Shown here one piece after another: positions 13,325 through 44,600 of a stretch of 64,000 nucleotides of DNA (positions within the stretch are counted from its first letter, which is position 1; each line of letters opens with the position of its first letter). The DNA is from Callorhinchus milii. Its lineage: Eukaryota. The notes below the pieces were generated by a model. The model was not told the DNA's origin. It saw only the letters and a list, made by a program, of their open reading frames with translations, and made no database searches. The stretch lies in assembly GCF_018977255.1 (NCBI RefSeq), contig NW_024704756.1, forward strand, positions 3,286,001 to 3,350,000, read 5' to 3'. The position numbers and the translations under genes were made by a program.

Positions 13325-15893
13325 CCAAAAGAACATTGCAAGTTTATTTTAAAAAAAGATTTAATTTAACTAAGAAATTCAAGTGGAATGCCATTTACAA
13401 TCAACATTTACCCAATCAATGCCAGCACAGTGAAAAATAAAACCACATAAAAGGTTTCATGCTAGTGTACAAACTGGAAATTAAGCAGACTTTCAACGCT
13501 TCTATCTTATAAAGACTTTGTAATACTGTATACATTAAAAGTAAAGGTCCCTCAGTAATGTCCTTTAAGAACTAAAAATGTACAATGAAAGTCAGTTTGT
13601 GTAAATCAGCTGTTTGAGAACTAGAACAGTAAAATTCACATCACAGCACAGACCTGACTACTCACAAGTGAGGTGAGTTGCATAAGAAACTAACTCAATA
13701 TTGGTGCCACACATTTATCTTGTACCCTTACTTTCATCGTGGCTTTTTATTTTTCCTAACTTGCAAAGGAAATGCAATATGACCAAGTCACACTATCTCC
13801 AAAACCTGACTAGGGAAAATAATATAAATGTGCCACAATGAAAGCAAGTCATTCTTTGCCTCTGGCAATAATCACAGGGTTTTCTAAAACTAATGCAGCA
13901 TAAAAAAATTGCATTCCTCAGGAAAGTATCTAAAGTTTTTAGATGGCCTGAGCAGAGTGATTGGGTCTTCACCCACCTAACTCCAGCAAGGTGTCTAGCT
14001 GATCACCAAGTGCATTAGTCCCACAAGGGTGTAGTGCTTTTAGTGAGATTTCAATGATCCTAATCTTGTTCAGTGAGGGGGTTTGCCTGAGGTAACAAAT
14101 GCAGGTCACTGGTAGTTCCATCCACCGGTAAATACAGACAAGCTCAGGTTAGTTATGCAAGGAGAAAGGGAATGAGATTTCAAAATAATCTCCACTTTGT
14201 CAAATACTGGGAAAAGTTTGAAACAGGCAGATTTGGCAGTGACTCAAGTGCAAACAGCTCTACTGGGGGTTTTCATATATAAATAGAGCAAACCAATCTA
14301 AGATTTGCCACATATCAAAACACTATTGTTGGTGGGTGCTAAGTGGTTAGATGATGGATCTTCATATTCTGTGACACATCAAGACTGACGAGTCTTGTTT
14401 CTTTCATTCCTTATTTTCAAAGCAATCCTTTCTTCAACTTTTTGGCATTGCAAGTACCATTATCAACAAATGTTTCATCAGCATTTTCCAATTCACCTTT
14501 GATCCAATATTAAGAGATGCACAAAAGCATAGTTATCAACTCCCCTTGGAGAAACCTCATGCCTAAAAGATAAGAAATACACTGAATAGAGAATGCACAT
14601 CCTAATACTACATGTCTTGCTCCCAGCCTGCTGGAGAAGATTAAGCATAGAGGGAGCCCAGATGCCTATAAACAAGGCAGGTCTGGAAATCAGTGCTGTA
14701 ATGCATTGTGTAAGAATACTGAGACATTTCTTCTCATAGATAGCTAGACTGTCCTGCAGAGATTACTACTCCAATCTAATTTCCCAGTCATGACAGAATC
14801 CAATTCAGGAAGGCAGTTTTATAAGATATTTAATTTTCTCTCATGTTGCCCATATAGCAAGGTCAATGACGTATTAACCAATTCACACACCACTAGTGCT
14901 CTAAACAGCAGGTGACAATGCAGAAGAATAGCTTCGGTGTCACTTCATTTCCCATCTTTTAACCATTAATGATCAATTGCAAATCTAAACCCAAATCCCA
15001 CCCAGTAAATTTATGAACCTACACACAGCACGGCAGAGATCACACATCTTGCACTGCCAATTGCACAAGTACAAAGGAGGCAGCAAACCTCTAAACTAAC
15101 TACACCCTAAGAAAATATTCTCAAGAATTTGTTGTACCAGATTTTCAAATTCCACACACGCATATATTCACATCTTGATACATTTGCAAAAGGGATGTTG
15201 GTCAACAGCTTGACTAAACAGTTTTCCCAACTGGTGCAATGCAGTTGACACCAAGTTAGAGGAACACAATGTCCTGTCGCAGCAAACACAGGGACATTTG
15301 TGTTTGTTGTTGATAAAAATCCTTTGACTGAGAGCTCCAGAGCAGAATTGAATAAAGGAATGTCCAGACACTTGGCAGCTACAGGCATCTCCAAGTAGAT
15401 TTATGCCACTGACCTAAATCACTCTCCCCATTATCTCAGTTGTGTTTACATTAGGAAATTATAAGTTTCAAACTATAAAGCTTCAAGGCAAAATGTGACG
15501 ACTTTTGCTGTTTCAAAACAATCTGGTTCCATAATTTTACCCTTTACCACCGGTTAAGGTCACTGTCAGTTTGGAAGGTTTCAGCTTTCAAAGCTTAAAT
15601 ATGTAAACTAGTCGATTTAACATATACCTATCATGGCAAACCCTGGCTCCATATAACTAGCCCAATGATTCAACACAAAACATGGGCCCAGGGACCAAAA
15701 TCTTAGCACAGGTGACCACTAACATTTAAAGCCAGTCTTTACAAAATACTGTTCCATTGTCAGAGCTTGATTTTCTCCCTCTTCTTCCCCCCCACCCCAC
15801 CCAATATACATTGATTTCAATTGGACCCAACACCCAGCCAGCTGGGCTTTCACTTCATTAGATGTCAGCAATTTGTGGATGCTCGAGCTTCAC
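13325..15893 (-). other. SLAIN-like 3' UTR; candidate polyA signal (TTTATT on + strand at 13343-13348)
   Basis: Repeat-poor ~2.5 kb downstream of the stop at 15894, ending at a minus-strand AATAAA. Converges on the VAMP7 3' end ~1 kb away. Confidence 0.5.
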
Positions 15894-35760
<19,867 letters not shown>

Positions 35761-36200
35761 GTCCGGCGGCGGCGCAGCGGCGGCAGCAGCGGCCTGGCCG
35801 TGAGCGCTCTCCGAGTCGCCGCTCGCTCTCACCGTCCAAGCTTCCAGAACTCTCCCGCCGCCGGCGCCGCCGCCATCTTGAATAAAGGCGGCTTCTGACC
35901 TCCTACCTGTCATGCGCACTGCACTGCCCTCTCGCCGCCCGCGCAGCCGCACACGGTGTGCGGGCGGGAAGCGGCGAGCGGTTCAAATGCACAAGCGAAC
36001 CCGGCGACGTCACAAACCGTCAGGCGAGTCACGTGGCAGGGCCGCTTCCCGCGGGACGCCCAGAGCCGCCGCCGCCATTATCGTCATCGCCGCCATCACC
36101 GACCGCACAGGGGGCCTCCCCTCCTGTTTACCGTGAGCGGGTAGATTGACAGGGCCCATCGCCACACGCAGGCACCTGTCGACAGCCAGAATCTGTCTGG
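35761..36200 (-). promoter_or_regulatory. CpG-island promoter / 5' UTR of the SLAIN-like gene
   Basis: CpG island ~35250-36200. YY1-type CAAGATGGCGGC on the minus strand at 35880-35869, CRE-like TGACGTCG at 36012-36005, E-box GTCACGTG at 36028-36035. Confidence 0.7.
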
Positions 36201-36244
36201 ATAGCACAATGGTCACCTTTATCTCTGCACAGTCTCTTCCCCCC

Positions 36245-36635
36245 AAAAAACAACAACAACAACAACTTCTTACATAGCGCCCTCCCCTCAGGGCAGGGTC
36301 TCGGAGCGCTTAACAGTGGCGCAGCCTGACTCCGACCCGGGGTGAGGGGGGGCAGTGGGGGAGGTGGCCGTAAGCACGGTCGAAGAAGAAAGTTTTCAGG
36401 CGGGACTTGAGAGAGGGGCCAAGGCGGAGGGATCGAGGGAGAGTGTGCCAGGGTTTTTGGGGCGTAGTGGCTGACCTCCATTGGTGGGGCGGAGGGTGCG
36501 AGGGGACCGCGCAGGAGTCCGGTGCCAGTGGAGCGGAGGCGCCGGGTGGTGGACTGGGGGAGTGAGGAGGTCCGAGGGGTAGGGAGGTGCCAGAGAGTGA
36601 AGGGGTTGGAATACGAGAGCGAGGATCTTGAAGTC
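36245..36635 (-). mobile_element. L2-clade LINE 3' fragment (second subfamily)
   Basis: Minus strand reads ...FKIL-like sequence, ...CTGAAAACTTTTCTTCTTCGACCGTGCTTACGG... and a (TTG)n tail. Confidence 0.7.
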
Positions 36636-36704
36636 GATATTATAGATCTCCCGATCAATGATGCAATGATCCTTGAGTGACCAATTTATAAAATATTCTA
36701 TAAC

Positions 36705-37188
36705 TACAACAACACTACAACAAAATTACATTTATAGAGCGCCTTTCACGTCGGGAGGACGTCCCAAAGCGCTGAACAGTCAGGTGTCGGTTGGGGGAGG
36801 GGTAGTGTAGGGGTGAGGGGAAGGCAAGAGAGGTGGGAGGGCGACCGAAGGCACGGCCGAAGAGAAGGGTCTTGAGACCGGCCTTGAAGGAGGCAAGAGA
36901 GGAAGCGAGGCGAAGTGACTGTGGGATGGAGTTCCAGAGTGTGGGGGCAGAGAGGCTGAAAGCCCGGCCACTGATGGTAGGGCGGGTCGGGCGGAAGACA
37001 TGGAGCAGCCGGAGCCCACTGAACGGAGGGTTGGGCAGGTTGGTAGGGAGTCAGCAGGTCAGAGAGGTAGGAGGGGGCAAGGCCATGGATGGCCTTAAAG
37101 GTGAGGACAAGGATCTTGAACTCGATCCTCTGGGGGATGGGGAGCCAGTGGAGTCGGGCGAGGGTGGGAGTGATGGGGTCCCGGAGCC
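36705..37188 (-). mobile_element. L2-clade LINE 3' end (5'-truncated)
   Basis: Minus-strand peptide LRDPITPTLARLHWLPIPQRIEFKILVLTFKAIHGLAPSYLSDLL is typical of the L2 ORF2 C-terminus; ends in a stem-loop and a (TTG)n-like tail. Confidence 0.9.
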
Positions 37189-38687
37189 ATAACCAAATAC
37201 TATGGCTTGTTTTTGCTACGTCAGTGTATCTTTTTGTCCAAAGCTTTGTTCTGCCCAAATCACTGGTTAGACTAGGGTTACCAGACACTTGCAGCCCAAT
37301 TGCCCACTCCTTCATTCGAGCCACTGCCGTTCAGGAATATATAGTAAGTTCCACCTTATGCAACAGAACTTCTGTTATGACTAAATCCAGCTTCCTATGC
37401 AAACCTTTTGCTCACCAGCCTGCTTTGTGTCCCCCCATCTGCCTCACCATCAGCTGGCAGTCTTTCTGCCCCTCCACTCTCTGGGTCTTCATTCTGACTC
37501 GCTCCCTCCATCAACTCGTTTACCGTCTGCTACCTTCATCTTTGACCATGCTTTTGATTGTCTTTTCCCTCCCTCACGGCCTCAAGACCTGAACCTCGGA
37601 TTGCAATGAGGAGGAAGGCAGCCAATGACATTCTGCAGCAGTTTCTTGATTCTTCAAGGAGAAAGGTGTGTTTCAGTTTACCTCATTTCATGCTAGGTCT
37701 TCCATGCTGTCTCTGAAACACTTTGTGACATTATTCTATGTGAAAGGGAGTATACAAATGCGAGTTGTTGTGTTGTATATACAAATATAAGGTCAATTCA
37801 CTTTACAGTATATTCTGTGAAGCGCTTTGAGACATCGAGAAGACGTGAAAAGCGCTATATCAAATGCAAGGATTATTATTATTATTGTACGAAGCCCTTT
37901 GAGATTCTCAAACCCTGCCAGTACTGCCGCTCACCAACCTGCTTCATGCCCCCCATCTGCCTCACCATTGACATGCAAGGTGCTGGATACTGTATATGTA
38001 AATTGTACTACTGTATTAGTTCATTACCAGGCTCCCCACAAAAACTCTATCTAGGACTCTTCAACTCTGCTGCAATTTCTTTCCTTCACATTACATATGA
38101 AAAGACTTGCAGCCCAAATGCCCACTCCTTCACAAGAACCAGACTAGTGCCTTCCAGTTATATTTAGTAAGTTGCACCTTGTGCAACAGAATTTCTGTTA
38201 TGAGCAAATCCAACTCCAATATCTTACGGTAATCCCTGAAATCCAGTACAATTTAACTCTCTCAACAGCAGCTGTTTATTTAAAAAGAAACAGATCCCAA
38301 CATTTCCTATCCTGAAATTGTTGCTGAAGGTATACATTTAATGATTCACATCACCCAATGGTCACACAGAAAGCTAATGATTAAACATGTTAAATTACAT
38401 AATGACATAAGGTACTTAAACATGTTAACATTTATTGATAGGTTAGAACAGAAGATCATAGAAGACAAAGATAAAATGTAATACAGGCAGTCATTTTCTG
38501 TTGTTAGGGACGTATGTTATTATAATCTGTGTGTACGGTATTTGTAATCACAGCAAAATCTAATTCACATTCAAAGGATAACATTGTAAGTTGCAAAAGA
38601 AGAAAAAATTGCTTCATTCACAAAGTAGGACTATGGTTCCTTTCACAATTCAAAGTCCTCTTTGTTTATTCTGAAGTTGAATGAAGT

Positions 38688-41600
38688 TTAATCTGAAAGG
38701 GAAGTTAAATGAGTTTCTTTTAAATAGATCAAGCTAAATTGATTAAAATTTGCAATTCTAGGGAATTCTAGGCTCTGGGACAGCTGGTCTGTTTTGTTTA
38801 GCTCACAAACTTGCTGAAAATACATTAGTACCACAATACAATGCTACTGAGAAATCAAGAGCAACTTCAGTACTGTATTATTAATGTTTAATAAAATGTA
38901 CCTTCAAAACAATTCTAAAGAAAAATGAAACCATTTTAAAAGCATTCAGTCTAACTCTACCTGACTTTTCTGCTCATTTTCTCTTCTACCTCATTTTCTT
39001 CTTTCTATATTTAATAATTTAACTCATTTTACATCATTTCTAAACTAAATTGAACATTATTTTTGATATTCATTTTAGATCTGGGTCCTAGATAAATAAT
39101 ATTCAGCCACGGCTTAGTTAAGCACAGTTTCCTATGACCTGTGATGTGAATTTCCCACTTCCTCGAAGTAATACTGCATTGTTTTGCAATTTTTTCCTTC
39201 CTCTCGTTGAAGTTCCTTTTTCATTCTACAAAAAACTGATGGTCCATGCGCAGAACTATTATTTGTGTGTGAGCTTTGATAATTAGTATTGGCAGGCCAT
39301 TTGACCACAGGGGAACTGTCCTATCCTCACTCAACATTCACAGGCTCACATTTTGGCAGTGGGTCAATATTTATTAATAAGGAGCAGGAACCCTGGCAAA
39401 ATATCCTAGGATCGCTAAGAATTATTGTTGAAATCAGCTAAATAAGCACAGACCAAGGATCTGTGCTGGGCCCTTCCTTGTCTGTATGATTCAACTAATC
39501 ATCAATCAAACTTACTGAGCTGAGCCATCAAAAGTGTTCAGTAACAGACACTTAATTGAGTGTGATAATTTATTTGGATGGAATTCTAATTCATTGATCA
39601 TGATAAGGACCCACCTTCTAGTAATTTATCATAGCATTCTTCACAGTGCACAATCCTGCTATGAATCCACAAGTTATCTCCAGCTTCCAAGTCTCCCAGG
39701 GGTGCACTGCATTTGCCACACTGCAGAAGTACACAAAAACAGAGCAGTTTAATTCTCACTCTTACTTTCCCATTGCACTCACCACTTTAGAAATTATTAT
39801 TATTATAGAAATGTATTAATTAATCAGTGTTTAAACTCAATCAGTCGTGATGCAACATCAGAGCATTCAAAATACTTGCCAGACATACAGGTAGTTTTAT
39901 GGGGTTGGAGTCCTGTCTTACTCTCCAGTCTATCAGTTAAGCGAGATGAGTGTCAATAATTCTCAATTCAGCACCATACTGGGTGATGAAAGATGTTAAG
40001 ATATTGATGGTTTGGATACTTTTATCAGTTATGACATATATCATGTCAAACTTTGGTAGAGCAGTGCAAGCTGGCAGCACAGATCATACAGGAGAGCCAG
40101 CTGCTTTCGTCCTAAAAAGTACCCAGTGACTGGGAAAGGCTGAAAATGTCCTGTGCGAATATCAAAACTATGTTTACAACAAAAAGTGTTCTCAGTTTCC
40201 TGCAATTATGCAGCATTTACCTTAAAACAGGATGGGTGGCTACAGATGTTCAGATGTTCAATTATTATCTTGATGTCTTCCAGAGCCATTCCACAAAAGG
40301 TGCACTCCCTGTCCAAAACAGTTAAAACAATTGTAACTTGGTCATCTTTGCCAAGCTGTTCCTTATCCTGTGTGTTCCCATTATTTAGAGGAAATTAGCA
40401 CAACTTCGTCTAAGTTACACTGAATGGCAAATCACTGTAGGAATGTAGATGCCAAAGGGGAAGAATATGAAGTGAAATTAATGTACAATATATAAGCAAC
40501 CAGTTTTGATTGGTCTGTATGTTTAGTCCAGTCATAAATGCAAATATGTGAGAGAAACTGAGGATACTCATTTGTAAGTCACAGAAGCTATTGAATATGC
40601 AATGATTCAGGAGCTGAAAACTGTATTTTGTATGTACTTTTGGCAGTAAATACAGTATGTGGAAATGGTCATCTGATTTATGGTATAAAGTCTACATCCA
40701 ATGACAGCACTTTGTATTCTCAGCCTTTATATCATATTTGTGTAGACAGATTTTATGAATCAGGCTAACTGAATCAGGCTACATGTATGCATTGGGGAAA
40801 TGGCAGGAGAGTTCAGTATTCAGTGCCCTAGGACATCCTCCCAATGTGAAAGGTGCTTTACAATTTTGTTGTTGTTGAGAATGAGGTTGAACGGATAGCT
40901 CTTGGGACAAATGGCCTTCTTCTGTATAGTAAATTATGATTTATTTTGGGACATTTGATGACAATTTGGAGAATTAAAAAGAATGTTATTTGGTTTCTTG
41001 TAGAAATAGTTTGCCAGATTATTTCAGATAATACGCACAGTAAACAGGATTTACCTCTCTGGAGCCTGAAACAATTCAGGATCTACTTTTGCCATCAGTA
41101 CGTTGTGAATTTCTTTTTTTATAACAATCACATTCCTGTTGTGGGAAATAATAGAAAATTGTTAAAAGCAGAATAGAATTTAATCTGATTTCACAGAAAA
41201 CATAATGGAAGAAATTCCACTCAAAGGTAAAACAGATAAAAGAGGCAGAGAGAAAACGTAGACCACCAGTAGCCAAGTGAATAGAGATACAACACAGTGC
41301 AGTACTAGATTATATATTCCAGAAAGTCAGAACTTCAAATCCCACTTTGTGCTTAGTTTGTGGAACAATGGCAATTAGGACAAAGTAGCGGTGAGTGAGT
41401 TTGTAGACCTTAGAACTATATCCTAGACCTAGATGATGAAAAAAGATATCCAAGAGGACAAGAGAAAAAAAGGACAGAAAAAAGCGAGAAATAAACATGG
41501 AAAGCCATATGTATGGAATACAACAACTTGCATTTATGTAGACTTATGCATTAAAGAAAATTCAAAAACATTTAATGATTGACTGACGCTGAGCAAGAAT

Positions 41601-44600
41601 GGGAAGAAATTTAGATGCATCTCAGCACTTGGTAAGATTGACAAGTTTTCCCTGTTTGTTTCTCCGTTTTACTGAATACCTTTGCCAAGTCGAAGAAAGT
41701 ACTAAATGGGTAGATTTACCTCTGGTCCACAGATCCTGGAATTTCATCATTTCTATTACCAGTCTTAATGTCCGATAGCTCTCCAGAATCATCTCCAAAG
41801 GGAAGTAACTCAGATCTATTAAAACAAATACACTTAAGACAGTTAAAGAATTCTCTTGAACATTTTCACTCTCCCACCTCACTAAATCATTATTTTCTCT
41901 CTGTCCTGGAAAAGGATCTAGTTCTCCCCGATTCCCATTTATACTGTTTGCAGCAATGCCTTTTCCTTGTAAATTTATTATATCTATTACAGTTTTTTAT
42001 GAAAATATTTTCCTAAAATTTCTAAGTACCTTATTTTTACATGATGTTCCCATCTATGTATCCCATCCCATTTAAGTGCTCTGAGACACTACCCTGGGTA
42101 GAGGGTATATATAAGTGCAACTTGTTGTATGTAGTATATAGCTGTAGGTCATAGACTTTCATGGGCACAGAGCTACTTCTGCTGACATTGGGCATCATTT
42201 CTTTCAGACTTACTTCTCTTGGTCATTGTAGAATTTGGGGCTGCTGTTCATTATCAGTTTCGAAGAAGCAACTACTTCCATTGACCCTTTTGACAAGTTC
42301 ATTGGATTCACAGGACTGAAAATAAAACAACCTTAGAATATAGGAAATTACTGACCATGAGATAACAACATTCTCTAGATATTCATAGTTAAACTGTTAT
42401 TTTACAATTTACAGTTAATTAGCATCCTTCACATTGGGAGGATGTCCCTAAGCAGTTGACAAAAGGGCTTATAAAAGAAGATCGCCATTAAATCAATTTC
42501 TATTTTAATAGACCAAGCAGGTTAATTAATATAAATTGTAATACCTGTCACTTAACTGGCATTCTGGTATAAATTTGACGTGACTGAAAAGCAGGGGAAG
42601 AAGTTGATAGGTGATTGTTCAGGGGAAATTACAAGGGCCTGTAACTATGTTAATTTCTTATTAATTAAATTAATGATTTGTTTCAGTTAATTAAATAAAG
42701 ATTGCCAGCAATTCCCACTGTACATGCGCTTAAACGGTTTACACAATGAACATAATAAACCTATTGACTAGGTGCACTCTGGCATGCAAGACTGGATTAG
42801 ATTGTTGACTAGTTGAATTCTGCTGGATTTTGAATTTAAAATTTTTCTCAATCTAGAAACAGGATTACAGAGTGCAATCTAAAGCACTCTTGCTGACATT
42901 GAAGATCAATCTTTGTTGATGCACAATTTCTGAGCTCAAAAATCCATAAAAATAAAAAAATGCAGTTGTGGTCTCTGATTGATTTGGAACAGAATTGTAC
43001 AAAGCTTTTAGGTAAGTGTCATTGATATTGACAGTTTCAAGTAAGGTGGCGAACCTTCCAGAATCATTAGTTCTGTTTATTTTGGGGGACGGCTTTTGTA
43101 GTTACTGTAATGTAGACCTGTTTAAGAGTCAAGTGAAGTCAAAGAAATATGATCAGTACTGTGGTTTGAAATTCAAAAACCCCTTTCTCCAATTGGGGTG
43201 AAAATTGTGACCTGTGATGTGTTAGTTGTCATTGGTAATAATTTAACACTTGATATATCACATCCTTCATCCTAAATATCTAATATTTTGTTAAATGTCT
43301 CAATCAATCAATCAATCAATCAAATGACTGGGCCTTCATGAGTTGTTAATCGGGGGTGGCTGTTGAACGGATTTGGTTGGTTAAATACGTTTTACTGTAC
43401 CTCAGCAGAAATGAACAGCAAATCACTATGGCAAAGTATATGAAAGAATGAGTGTGTGTATATTTCGAAATCTAACAATCCTGAAACATTATTCGCAAAA
43501 ATAAACTCACCATATCCTTTTAATTCTATCCTATCATTTCTTACCTGGTGCTGCCATTACAGACCCGTGAAGAGGGGATGGTTTCCTCATTAACTATGAC
43601 TCTTTGAAAGGAAAAATAGCTCAATTTACATGTGTAGAAAACAATGTGCAAATAGTTTTGAAAAATCTCCTCAAAATGCCATGGCAGCTATTTATAAAAT
43701 GACAGAATCCTGCTTTAATACCAAAAATGATACATTTGTAAATTTGAATATATGATAATAACAAATGGAGTACATCCTGACATTCTTGTTAGAGAGAGGT
43801 AAATAAATATGAGAAGACATGGATATCATTCAAAGATATGATATGCACCAATTTAATAGTAGGGCATAGGAATGGCAGCTACATTGTTCTAATGAGCAAA
43901 ACATAATAATCCTTAAAATTAATTTCAATATTTGATCAATTTCTAAACTGAGGCTCTTTTCTTGTTCATTTTATTATTATTACAGTAATAATAATGCTTG
44001 TATTTTAATCCTTGTACTCAGGTTCTTCAAATATTATTGTGTTTTACAATTAAATGATGTAGAAAGGCAATGTACATTCTCACCTTCTAGCAACAAATGT
44101 AGGAGATGGGAAGTTTGCCTGCGGAGTTGAAATTTTTTGGGAATTAGAGACCGGGCCAGTGTTAGTGTTAAGGCTGTAAGAGAGAGCAATTTGTAGGGAT
44201 TACTGTGATTTGCAATTATTATCATTGCTATAAATTGACAGAGTACACTCTATAATTGAATACACTTGGTAAGACAAAGGCAACCCTCCCCAGATTCAAA
44301 TCAAGTGGCTCTCAAGCAGAGAATCAACCTACTAGTATTATACTATGTCAACTTGGGTCAGTTGGTAGCACTTTTGTATATGAATCAGAAGGTAGTGGTG
44401 CAAGCTCCATGCTGGGACTTTGAACTCACTGGCCAGGCTATCTTCTCTAGTGCAGTACTAGAGGAGTGCTGGAATGTGGAAGCTGCTATTCTTTATATAA
44501 GATGTAAAACTAAGGCCCCATCTGCCTGTACAGGTAGACATTAAATATCTCATTGCACTTGAAAAGAGAAGGGAGTTTCTCCTGGTGTCTTGGACGACAA

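Noticed and set aside
36746-37324. 192-aa minus-strand ORF
   Set aside because: A truncated L2 ORF2 fragment read through from flanking DNA; not a host gene.
41622-42012. Minus-strand ORF 41622-41882 and a possible extra exon ending at 41878
   Set aside because: The real exon (41815-41720) is in another frame. An extra exon would need a 62-nt intron and has no phase-2 acceptor without a stop.
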